From the NCBI GenBank assembly GCA_026394565.1, contig JAPKYA010000042.1:1803-65802 (forward strand): DNA of 64,000 nucleotides, given 5' to 3'. The notes beneath the pieces were generated by a model. The model searched no databases and was not told the origin of the DNA. It saw nothing but the letters and a program-made list of their open reading frames with translations. The DNA comes from Methanothrix sp. GTDB taxonomy: Archaea; Halobacteriota; Methanosarcinia; Methanotrichales; Methanotrichaceae. Positions 39,371 to 48,138 of this stretch are shown here, piece after piece (position 1 is the stretch's first letter; the number at the start of each line of letters is the position of its first letter). The position numbers and the translations under genes were made by a program.

Positions 39371-39790
39371 TCACGGGCTCTTTCTGCTCCTTCCCAGGAC
39401 CATCTGCTTGGTAGCCCTCTCCGCCTCAATATTACGCCTGCATGCAGGACAGACCCGAATCCATTCCAGGCCCTCGGAGTCCTTCTGCATATTGGCAGGA
39501 AGAGCGGACTCAATTCTCTTCAGCATGGGCTCTGTGGCGTAGCGCGATCCACATATCTTGCAGGCCACCAGCTCAAAGGACACATCGGGCTCAGGCACGG
39601 TCTCATCGAAAGGCACCAGAGTCAGAGCTTTGGCCGGGCAGAACTCCACGCATAGATCGCACTCCTCTTTGCACCTCTTCCAGTGAATGCTACGCATCTC
39701 TCCGGTCTCAGTACGGGTGATATTCTGGCTGGGACAGACATTGGAGCAGGAAAGGCAGCCCAGACACAGGCCGACATCAACTTTTATCAT
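39371..39790 (-). CDS. 4Fe-4S ferredoxin-like protein with additional CxxC pairs
   Basis: CLGCLSCSNVCP, CKEECDLCVEFCP, CKIC and CPAC. Confidence 0.85.
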   Translation of the reverse strand: MIKVDVGLCLGCLSCSNVCPSQNITRTETGEMRSIHWKRCKEECDLCVEFCPAKALTLVPFDETVPEPDVSFELVACKICGSRYATEPMLKRIESALPANMQKDSEGLEWIRVCPACRRNIEAERATKQMVLGRSRKSP

Positions 39791-40224
39791 CTTCTACCTC
39801 CGTAGGCAGCTGCCCGCGCTGCGCGGGAGCGCGCCCGGCGACTGGCCAGCTCGAAATCGGTGGATAGAGCATTGGCAGGACAGGTTGTAACGCAGGCGGG
39901 CGCGTCGCGGCCCTCACACAGATCGCACTTATGGGCGATCTTGTTCGTCCAGACCACTCCGAAGGGGCAGGCCAGCTTGCATAGACCGCAGCCGGTGCAC
40001 TTATCCACATCAAAGGCAGTGCGCTCTCCTTCCTTATGAAGCGCCCCGGTAAAGCAGGCCACTGTGCAGTTGGCCTCCTCACAGTGATGGCAGAATATGG
40101 GAATCGAGGCGGAATCTCCCACAAAATGCACATTGATGTGTCCGCTGCCCCCGTGCACCCGCTGGCAGGCCACCTCGCAGGAGCGGCAGCCAATGCATCT
40201 ACTGATATCAATGTAAACGGGCAT
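39787..40224 (-). CDS. 4x[4Fe-4S] electron-transfer subunit (HydN/FdhB-like)
   Basis: CIGCRSCEVAC, CHHCEEANC, CTGCGLC..ACPFG and KCDLC..PACV..CP. Confidence 0.88.
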   Translation of the reverse strand: MPVYIDISRCIGCRSCEVACQRVHGGSGHINVHFVGDSASIPIFCHHCEEANCTVACFTGALHKEGERTAFDVDKCTGCGLCKLACPFGVVWTNKIAHKCDLCEGRDAPACVTTCPANALSTDFELASRRARSRAARAAAYGGRR

Positions 40225-42267
40225 TTAATCCCTCCGGGAAATCTTGCAGGCCGAGACCTTGAACTCCGGTATCCTGGCCTCAGGGTCCGTAACCTCTGTG
40301 GTGAGGATATTGGTTCCGGGGAAATGGAAGGGCATGAATACCACTCCTCTTTTAACACTATCCGTGAGACGGGCATGAGCCTCTGTCTCTCCCCGCGGCG
40401 TGGTTATGGTCACCTCATCGCCATCTGCCACCTTGAGCCGCACGGCGTCGGCGGTATTGATCTCCACATAGAGATCCGGCTCGCGCTCCATGAGCGAGGG
40501 GCTTCTCCTGGTCATGGACCCGGCATTGTGGTGCACAGCCACCCGCCCGGTGGTCAGGATAAGGGGATAATCCCAGCTAACGTCTTCTGCCGCCGGCCGG
40601 TAAGGTACGGGCACAATGGAGGCACGGCCCTCGGCAAGCCTGAATCCGGAAGAGTGAAGTATGGGCGTTCCCGGATGATCGTTACTGGGGCAGGGCCATA
40701 TAAGTCCGGCTTTGCCCAGCCGCTCCCAAGTTATGCCGCCGTATTGCGGCACAGTCCGGTTGATCTCCGCTAAAACCATTGCCGCATCAGGATAGTCAAA
40801 ATCCAGCCCCAGGCTTTTCCCAATAAGGCATACTATCTCCAGATCGGAGAGAGCCGCTCCCGGCGGATCAAGGGCTTTGCAGCTCCACTGAACACGTCTT
40901 TCCGTGTTGGTGAAGCTTCCCTCCTTCTCAGCCCAGACCGCCGCCGGCAAAACGACATCTGCGAGTTGCGCCGTCGCTGTCATGAAGATATCCTGCACTA
41001 CCAGAAAATCCAGATTATTAAGAGCTGAATGTACATTTTGGCTGCAGGGATCGGAGTTGGCCGGATCTTCGCCCACAATATACATAGCTTTGATCTCACC
41101 TGTGGCAGCAGCATCGATCATCTGGATGGCTGTAAGGCCTGGGCCTAAGGGCAGGCTCTCCACCCCCCAGGCAGATGAGAAATATTTAATGGTCTCGGGA
41201 TCGTCCGCCTTTTTGTAGCCGGGATAAAATTCAGCCAGTGCCCCCATATCGCAGGCACCCTGCACATTGTTCTGGCCTCGCAAGGGCATGACCCCTGTGC
41301 CCGGCTTTCCCAGATGCCCGCAGATGAGAGCCAGATTGGAAACGGCCTGCACATTGTCCGTGCCAGTGCTGTGCTGGGTGATTCCCATGGAATAGAGGAT
41401 AGAGGAAGCCGGGGATATGGCATAAGCGCGCGCAGCCCGCACAATATCGCCGGCGGGAACGCCGGTGATCTCTGCCACTTTTTCCGGAGGATAATCTTTG
41501 ACCGACTCTGCCAGAGCCTCAAAGCCGCGGGTTCTTTGGGCGATGTAATCTCTGTCCACCAAGCCCTCTTTGATTATCACATGAGCCATGCCGTTCAAGA
41601 GAGCTACATCCGTTCCAGGCTTGAGCTGCAAGAAGACATCCGCCATCCAGGAGGTATGAGTCATGCGCGGATCGGCTACGATTACTACCGCACCTGCATC
41701 CTTGGCCCTGTGAATCCAGCGGGAGAGAACAGGATGATTTTCCGCCAGATTGGATCCTATGATGAATATGCATTTAGAGTTGGCAATATCCGGTATGGGA
41801 TTGGTCATTCCTGCTGCGCCCAGAGTTCGATTCAATCCCACTACCGAGGGGGCATGACAGAGCCTGGCGCAGTTGTCCACATTTGGCGAGCCCAAAAGAC
41901 GGGCCAGCTTCTCGATCAGGTAGTTCTCCTCATTGCTGCATTTGGAGGAGGAAAGAAGAGCAATGCTGCCTGGACCGTGCTTCTTGACGGCTTCGCCAAA
42001 GGCCCGGGCCACCAGATCGATAGCCTCTTCCCAGGATATCCTGGAAAAGCCTTCCCCTTTTCTTTTGAGAGGAGAGGTGAGCCGCTCCGGGTGGTAGATG
42101 ATCTCCAAAGCCGCATTTCCCTTAGAGCATAAAGCCCCCTCGCTCACAGGATGATCCGGCATGTATTCGATTCCTGTGGCACACTCCTTCTCGACTGCAA
42201 TGAAAAATCCGCAGCCTGCACCGCAATATGGACAGACCGATGGAACAAGCACTTTTGTCATCTTCAT
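40225..42267 (-). CDS. fdhF: Formate dehydrogenase alpha-like Mo/W-bis-PGD subunit (Cys form)
   Basis: CPYCGAGC..C.KG, DNCARLCHAPS, LRGQNNVQGACDMG, EKEGSFTNTERRVQ and PEFKVSAC. Confidence 0.88.
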   Translation of the reverse strand: MKMTKVLVPSVCPYCGAGCGFFIAVEKECATGIEYMPDHPVSEGALCSKGNAALEIIYHPERLTSPLKRKGEGFSRISWEEAIDLVARAFGEAVKKHGPGSIALLSSSKCSNEENYLIEKLARLLGSPNVDNCARLCHAPSVVGLNRTLGAAGMTNPIPDIANSKCIFIIGSNLAENHPVLSRWIHRAKDAGAVVIVADPRMTHTSWMADVFLQLKPGTDVALLNGMAHVIIKEGLVDRDYIAQRTRGFEALAESVKDYPPEKVAEITGVPAGDIVRAARAYAISPASSILYSMGITQHSTGTDNVQAVSNLALICGHLGKPGTGVMPLRGQNNVQGACDMGALAEFYPGYKKADDPETIKYFSSAWGVESLPLGPGLTAIQMIDAAATGEIKAMYIVGEDPANSDPCSQNVHSALNNLDFLVVQDIFMTATAQLADVVLPAAVWAEKEGSFTNTERRVQWSCKALDPPGAALSDLEIVCLIGKSLGLDFDYPDAAMVLAEINRTVPQYGGITWERLGKAGLIWPCPSNDHPGTPILHSSGFRLAEGRASIVPVPYRPAAEDVSWDYPLILTTGRVAVHHNAGSMTRRSPSLMEREPDLYVEINTADAVRLKVADGDEVTITTPRGETEAHARLTDSVKRGVVFMPFHFPGTNILTTEVTDPEARIPEFKVSACKISRRD

Positions 42268-42273
42268 CCCTAT

Positions 42274-43086
42274 TCAATAAGCATAAAGTTTGCTGTAAGG
42301 CCTCTTCGACTTGGGCGTGAGCCTGACGAACTGAGAATTCAAGATCTCCTCTTTGCTCTTGCCGATCTCAGGAAAGCGCTCCACGAACCTGGAGACGTAT
42401 CTATCTAGAACAGCCCGGTCAGCATCGTCTATGGGTGAAATTTCCACCTGTCCGCCGACCTGGGACGGCTCTACATGCCCTCGCAGATAGATCACGCCTC
42501 CATGCATGCCTGTGCCTATGAAGTTGGCTTTATGAGTCTGGCCGTACAGGTCCAGGAGGATCACAATTCCGCCCGCCATGTACTCGCCCAAAAAGTCCTG
42601 CGAACTGCTGCCTACAACCAGAACAGGCCTCTTTCCCTCATACTCCTTCATGTGCAGTGCCGTTCTGTATCCGCAATTATCCCGCACATAGATCTCGCCC
42701 CCGCGCATGGAAAAACCCAGGACGTCTCCCGCCCGTCCCTCCACGATTATCTCTCCGCCGTCCATGGTGTTTCCTACGCCATCCTGAGCATTGCCGTGCA
42801 CAGTTATCTTATGGCCGTAAAGAAAGGCGGCCAGGTCGTTGCCGGGTGTCCCGAATATCTCGATCTCCATTTTAAGACGCTCCGGCGTGTAGAGGCGGGT
42901 GCCGATGTACCTCTGGCCGCAAACATTTATGATCTTGACTTTTTTTACGCCGGAGAGCATCAAGTCCCTGAGCCGGTCATTTAGCTCTTTTGTCTCCAGG
43001 TCTGTGGCATCGATTAGAGCGGCCTTTATCCTCTCATCAACTTGATCTGCCTCGAGACTCGATTCGGATACAACAGCTCTCGCCAT
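42274..43086 (-). CDS. Glutamate synthase GXGXG domain subunit (GltB domain 3)
   Basis: GQRYIG, GNAQDGVGNTM, DFLGEYMAGG and GTGMHGG.IY. Confidence 0.88.
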   Translation of the reverse strand: MARAVVSESSLEADQVDERIKAALIDATDLETKELNDRLRDLMLSGVKKVKIINVCGQRYIGTRLYTPERLKMEIEIFGTPGNDLAAFLYGHKITVHGNAQDGVGNTMDGGEIIVEGRAGDVLGFSMRGGEIYVRDNCGYRTALHMKEYEGKRPVLVVGSSSQDFLGEYMAGGIVILLDLYGQTHKANFIGTGMHGGVIYLRGHVEPSQVGGQVEISPIDDADRAVLDRYVSRFVERFPEIGKSKEEILNSQFVRLTPKSKRPYSKLYAY

Positions 43087-43092
43087 TCTCCC

Positions 43093-44607
43093 TCACTCTC
43101 CGGCACCCTTGATTCCCAATACATCAAGCTCCCACTCGTGCAGCCCCACACCCCGCAGGTGATCCCGGTTGCCGCGCAGGCTTTCTAAGGCGTTGATGCC
43201 CATGCCGCCCAGCATCTCGCTGATCTCGTGCGACCAGGCGGAGATGAGGTTGGACAGCCTTTCTGAGGCGATCTCCACATTCAGCCTGCCGGACAAGCGC
43301 GGGTCCTGAGTGCATATTCCCCAGTTGCATTTGCCGGTATAGCATTTCTGGCAGAGAGTGCATCCCATAGCGATCAGAGCTGCAGATCCGATGTAGACGG
43401 CATCAGCTCCTAAAGCTATGGCCTTGATTACGTCGCTGCTGCAGCGAATTCCGCCCGCGGCAATGATGGAGCATCTGTTCCTGATGCCCTCACCGCGCAG
43501 CCTTCGGTCCAATGAGGATATGGCAAGCTCTATAGGTATGCCCACATTGTCCCGAATGGCTTTGGGAGCGGCTCCCGTTCCGCCTCGGAGACCATCGATG
43601 GCGATGATGTCCGCACCGGCGCGCACAATTCCCGAGGCTATGGCGGCAAAGTTATGCACGGCTGCGATCTTGACGGATATGGGCTTCTCATAGTTGGTGG
43701 CCTCCTTCAGAGCGTAGATGAGCATGGATAGATCTTCAATGGAGTAGATATCGTGGTGCGGCGCGGGTGAGATGGCATCCGTACCCGCGGGAATCATGCG
43801 CGTCTGCGCCACCGCAGCCGATACCTTCTCGCCGGGCAGGTGGCCTCCGATGCCGGGCTTGGCTCCCTGGCCCACCTTTATCTCCACGGCCTGGGCGCAG
43901 TTTAGGTACTCGGCATCTATGCCGAAGCGGCCTGAAGCAACCTGCACAATGGCGCATCTTCCAAACTCCGCCCTCATCTCTCGGGGAAGGCCGCCTTCTC
44001 CGGTATTGAAATAAGTTCCGGACTTGCAGGCGGCTGTCGCCAGGGAGCGGAAGGCGTTGTAGCTTATGGCTCCGTAGGACATGGCCGAGAAGAGAATGGG
44101 AGTTTCGACCATCAGGTTGGGGGAGAGAGTGGTCTTGATCTCTATGTCTCCTTCCTTGGCGGAAATGTCCATCAAGTCCGGCTTGGCGCCCAGGAAGGTG
44201 CGCAGCTCCATCGGCTCTCTCAATGGATCGATGGAGGGGTTGGTAACCTGAGCGGCATTGAGCACGATGTGGTCCCAGTAGATGCGGAAAGGTTTGTCGT
44301 TACCGCATCCGGTAAGGATCACTCCTCCCGTCTCCGCCTGCTTCTTGAGGTCCTCCAGCTTCTCGCGAGACCAGGAAGCGTTGGGCCGGTAGAAAGAGGG
44401 CGTGGGCCGGACTACTATGGCGTTCTTGGGGCAGAAGACGACACATCTCTGGCACCCGGCGCACTTGTAGTCTTCGGATATCAATCGGTCAGCCACCGGA
44501 TCGTAGGTGTGGGTGCCAAAAGCACACTGTCTCTCGCAGCCCCGACACTGGCCGCATTTTTCTTCGTCCCTTATGATCTGGAACTCAGGAAAGACGAATG
44601 ATTTCAT
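43093..44607 (-). CDS. Archaeal glutamate synthase FMN subunit with N-terminal ferredoxin (GltB domain 2)
   Basis: Two 4Fe-4S motifs, AMSYGAIS, NTGEGG, QVASGRFG, GQGAKPGIGGHLPG.KV and CTLCQKCYTG.C..GICTQ. Confidence 0.92.
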   Translation of the reverse strand: MKSFVFPEFQIIRDEEKCGQCRGCERQCAFGTHTYDPVADRLISEDYKCAGCQRCVVFCPKNAIVVRPTPSFYRPNASWSREKLEDLKKQAETGGVILTGCGNDKPFRIYWDHIVLNAAQVTNPSIDPLREPMELRTFLGAKPDLMDISAKEGDIEIKTTLSPNLMVETPILFSAMSYGAISYNAFRSLATAACKSGTYFNTGEGGLPREMRAEFGRCAIVQVASGRFGIDAEYLNCAQAVEIKVGQGAKPGIGGHLPGEKVSAAVAQTRMIPAGTDAISPAPHHDIYSIEDLSMLIYALKEATNYEKPISVKIAAVHNFAAIASGIVRAGADIIAIDGLRGGTGAAPKAIRDNVGIPIELAISSLDRRLRGEGIRNRCSIIAAGGIRCSSDVIKAIALGADAVYIGSAALIAMGCTLCQKCYTGKCNWGICTQDPRLSGRLNVEIASERLSNLISAWSHEISEMLGGMGINALESLRGNRDHLRGVGLHEWELDVLGIKGAGE

Positions 44608-45746
44608 TGCAAAACCTTCCTCATACTATTTAGTTCGCCTACGACCGGTTCTCCTCCGTTGGGCGTCCAGACGCGGTCAAGCTGTGGCGAGATAAGTCTA
44701 ATCGATGCTTCCTCTGAGGAGAGGTAGAACATCTCTCCTCTCGTAGCTGCGGTAATGGGCCGAAGCCTGATTCTGTCCGTAAGGCCGATCATCTTTCCCG
44801 TCTGGCCGATGATTACTGCAAAAGGCCCGTTCATGAGCAGAGGCGCGTAGACCATCCTCAGTGTGGTGAGCAGTTTCTTCTCCTTCGCATTCATCCGGTC
44901 GATCGCATTCCAGATGGGTGGGGCGAGAATCTTGGCCACAATTTCAATGGGAAGCTTCTGCCTCCTCATGAGCAGGTCCGCTGCGTAGGCAATGACTTCC
45001 GTATCGGTCTGCAGGGTGCAGGCATAGCCGTACATCTCCAGATACCAGCGATTGGTGCCGTAAGAGGAGATCTCACCGTTGTGGACGATGGTCGTATCCA
45101 GGAGGCTGAAGGGATGAGCCCCGCCCCACCAGGCCTGGGTATTGGTGGGAAAGCGACCGTGCACCGTCCAGGTGTAAGCTCTGTAGAGCCTGTCCAGCAT
45201 GAAGTACTCTCCGATCTCCTCAGGATAGCCCACACCCTTGAAGCAGCCCATGTTCTTGCCGGAAGAGAAGACATAAGCATTCTCGATTCTGGTGTTCACC
45301 CACATGATCTTGCCCACGATGAAATCCTCATCAGAGAGCAGAGAGTCCTCCCCCTGCTTTTTGGGAAGGACAAAGTAGCGCCAGACCAAGGGTGGATCGC
45401 TTACAGTTGCCTCATCGCCGTGAGGGATCTCTTCATCGTAGACTATATCGAAATTTAGGCCGAGAAAGGCATCCAGTTCCTTTTTAGCGGACCTTTTGGC
45501 CTGCGGGCCAATGCCAGTGAACATAAGATGGAAGGCATAGTAATCCTTGTACTGCGGGTATATGCCATAGGCTGCAAAGCCTCCACCCAGACCGTTGCCG
45601 CGGACGTGCATATTGGCTACGGCCAACATGACGCCGGCCCCTGTAAAGCGTTCCCCATCCTGGTTCATGGCCCCGAAGATGGAGCAGGCGCAGATCTCTT
45701 TATTGTTTAGCTCCCTTCTAATCCTTGGCATAATCTTAAACTCCAT
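44604..45746 (-). CDS. Glutamate synthase class II amidotransferase subunit (GltB domain 1)
   Basis: N-terminal ACSIFG, RGNGLGGG, HGRFPTNT, HNGEISSYG and TDTEV. Confidence 0.9.
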   Translation of the reverse strand: MEFKIMPRIRRELNNKEICACSIFGAMNQDGERFTGAGVMLAVANMHVRGNGLGGGFAAYGIYPQYKDYYAFHLMFTGIGPQAKRSAKKELDAFLGLNFDIVYDEEIPHGDEATVSDPPLVWRYFVLPKKQGEDSLLSDEDFIVGKIMWVNTRIENAYVFSSGKNMGCFKGVGYPEEIGEYFMLDRLYRAYTWTVHGRFPTNTQAWWGGAHPFSLLDTTIVHNGEISSYGTNRWYLEMYGYACTLQTDTEVIAYAADLLMRRQKLPIEIVAKILAPPIWNAIDRMNAKEKKLLTTLRMVYAPLLMNGPFAVIIGQTGKMIGLTDRIRLRPITAATRGEMFYLSSEEASIRLISPQLDRVWTPNGGEPVVGELNSMRKVLQ

Positions 45747-45828
45747 CCATCTACCTGACCTTGCCTGAATCGATGATGTGCAGGCAAGAGATGATTACAA
45801 TGGATGTTTTATAGCTATTTAAGAAATG

Positions 45829-45845
45829 TTCATAACACTTATGAA
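45829..45845. promoter_or_regulatory. TTCATAA-N3-TTATGAA palindrome upstream of the gltB/fdh operon
   Basis: TTCATAA-CAC-TTATGAA, 4 nt upstream (minus strand) of a TCTTAAATA TATA-like element. Confidence 0.75.
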
Positions 45846-45860
45846 CCTTGCCGGCTGACA

Positions 45861-45890
45861 AATAAAAAAATGAGCCCAAATATTGGGCTC
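45861..45890 (-). terminator. Hairpin plus T-tract after glnA
   Basis: GAGCCCAA-ATA-TTGGGCTC, followed on the minus strand by a T7 run. Confidence 0.6.
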
Positions 45891-47224
45891 TAGAGCAGAG
45901 GTAAGTACCTCTCCAGCTCCCACTGGGTAACGTTGATGCGGTAGGCATCCCACTCCGCTTTCTTGTTGGCGATGAAGGCATTGAAGACATGCTCGCCCAG
46001 TGCCTCGCGAATGAGCTTGCTTCCCTCGGTGAGCTGTATGGCATCGTTCAGGCTTCCCGGCAGAGAGGTGATTCCGGCTTTCGTTCTCTCCTCATCGCTC
46101 ATGTGGTAGATGTCCTGCTCCTGGGGAGCGGGCAGATCGTACTTGTTGGCGATGCCGGCCAGGCCTGCAGCCAGCATGACTGAGAAGGCCAGGTAGGGGT
46201 TGGCGGCGGGATCGGGGCTTCTGAACTCGACTCGGGTGGCTGCCTCCTTCCCGGGCTTGTACATGGGCACTCTGACCAGGGCAGATCTGTTTCTTCTCGC
46301 CCAGCAGATGTAGACCGGCGCCTCATATCCGGGGACCAGTCGTTTGTAGGAGTTGACCCACTGGTTGGTGACGGCTGTGATCTCGGGCGCGTGCTTGAGA
46401 AGGCCGGCAATGTAGTACTTGCCCTCATCGGAGAGGTGATAGCGGTCTCCTGCATCGAACATCACATTTCTCTTTCCCTGGAAGAGGGATTGGTGTACGT
46501 GCATGCCGCTGCCGTTCTGGCCGAAGATGGGCTTGGGCATGAAGCTGGCGTGATAGCCATACCGGCGGGCGATCTCCTTGACGGTGATCTTGTAGGTCAT
46601 CACCGTGTCGGCCATATTCAAAGCGTCCTTGTAGCGCAGATCGATCTCATGCTGAGAGGGAGCAACCTCATGGTGGCTGTACTCTACATCAATGCCCATG
46701 GAGTCCAGGGCAAGGATGGTGTCCCGGCGCAGATCTGAGGCGTTGTCGGCGGTGGTCAGGTCGAAGTATCCGCCGCTGTCCAGGGTCTCCGTGCTATGCT
46801 CATTCTTGAAGTAGAAGAACTCCAGCTCAGGACCTACCAGGAAGCTGTAGCCTTTATCCTTGATGCGCTCCAGATTTCTCTTCAGGACGTACCTGGGGTC
46901 GCCCTCATACGGGCTGCCGTCGGGATTTTGGATGTCGCAGAACATCCTGGCCACGCCGTTCTCCTGCTGCCTCCAGGGGATAAGTTGGAAGGTGGTTGGG
47001 TCGGGCTTGGCAACCATGTCGGATTCATGGATTCGAGCAAAGCCCTCGATAGAGGAGCCGTCAAAGCCCATGCCCTCGGAGAATGCTCCCTCCAGCTCGT
47101 TGGGATTAATAGCAAAGCTCTTAGGGACTCCCAGGATATCAGTGAACCAAATTCGGACAAATCTAACATTATATTTGTCAATTGCCTCAAAAACTTCATC
47201 TTTTGACTTAGTTTGCAGGGCCAT
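45890..47224 (-). CDS. glnA: Glutamine synthetase type I
   Basis: FDGSSIEGF, HHEVAPSQHEI, FMPKP..GQNGSGMH, NSYKRLVPGYEAP and RVEFRSPD. Confidence 0.97.
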   Translation of the reverse strand: MALQTKSKDEVFEAIDKYNVRFVRIWFTDILGVPKSFAINPNELEGAFSEGMGFDGSSIEGFARIHESDMVAKPDPTTFQLIPWRQQENGVARMFCDIQNPDGSPYEGDPRYVLKRNLERIKDKGYSFLVGPELEFFYFKNEHSTETLDSGGYFDLTTADNASDLRRDTILALDSMGIDVEYSHHEVAPSQHEIDLRYKDALNMADTVMTYKITVKEIARRYGYHASFMPKPIFGQNGSGMHVHQSLFQGKRNVMFDAGDRYHLSDEGKYYIAGLLKHAPEITAVTNQWVNSYKRLVPGYEAPVYICWARRNRSALVRVPMYKPGKEAATRVEFRSPDPAANPYLAFSVMLAAGLAGIANKYDLPAPQEQDIYHMSDEERTKAGITSLPGSLNDAIQLTEGSKLIREALGEHVFNAFIANKKAEWDAYRINVTQWELERYLPLL

Positions 47225-47284
47225 TTCACTTAGCCTCCTAAAACCAAAGAGCTACGTTGATTATTTATAGGTATTTAAGATCGG

Positions 47285-47301
47285 GTCTTAAAAGTTATGA
47301 A
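47285..47301. promoter_or_regulatory. Degenerate copy of the palindrome upstream of glnA
   Basis: GTCTTAA-AAG-TTATGAA (12/14), at the same 4-nt spacing from the shared TTTATAG(G/C)TATTTAAGA element as in the gltB promoter. Confidence 0.6.
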
Positions 47302-47328
47302 AAATTATGATCGCAGAATGTCTATCTG

Positions 47329-47563
47329 CCACGAGCGTGCCCCATTTGGTGGTTTTAGGCTGGGGCGTGCTGGAGGCGATGAGGGGATTTTGGCACCGTG
47401 CCCATGGAAATGACCACCGTATCCACATCGACGATATGCTCCAAGCCCTTCTTCATCCTGGGACTGCGTCGGCCTGAGGCATCCGGCTCGCCTAGCTCCA
47501 TCTGCACGACCTCCATGGCGTTCTCCACCTCTTCCAGTCGAGTCGGCATCTCCTCGCTAGAGC
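47329..47563 (-). pseudogene. Degenerate partial copy of the gltD/sudA 3' region
   Basis: Aligns to ~48297-48608 with substitutions, a +1 frameshift and a 78-bp deletion. Confidence 0.85.
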
Positions 47564-47567
47564 ACAC

Positions 47568-47948
47568 GAATCGCTTCGTGGATACGCCACCCGATCGCGT
47601 AACGAAGCTGTTGATGTCGGTGTCGTGCTGCTCTACGATCCAGAATTAAGCCGTCCGTCCCCTGAACTGATGGGACAACGTAGTGATGAGCGGATCTTCT
47701 TCAGACGAATACCCAAAGGGGGCGATAATGAGTCTCCCCTTTTCGCAATCCTTATAACTCAGTAAGTCGGATTATCTGTCATGGCTGGAGCAGTAGAGGA
47801 ATCTGTTGTAGGGCAATATTACGATCCCTCCAAGAACCAACTGCCCTACGGAGGGGCCACAGATCTCCATGGCCGGGTCGTCTGGGCTGTAACAAAAGAA
47901 GAGCACGACAAGATGCTGGCCAGAATCAATCACCTATTTCCAGAATAA
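47568..47948 (+). pseudogene. 5'-truncated gene remnant of unknown family
   Basis: 127-codon frame with a single internal TAA (..AILITQ*VGLSV..YGGATDLHGRVVWAVTKEEHDKMLARINHLFPE*). Confidence 0.45.
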
Positions 47949-48138
47949 TGATTCGCGTAGCCGTTGATTCAGATATCTATGAGAAATGCCGGCTGGCCAA
48001 GCTTCATTCGGCTCTTTTGGTGTGACCCGCCCCCAAGCCCCTCCGCCCACTTCTCCCAGCCTTCTGCAGCGCCTCGCCTTGGATTTCATTCGGATCTAGA
48101 ATATCTCAAGATTTTTAAAATAATTGGAAGTAAGTCGT

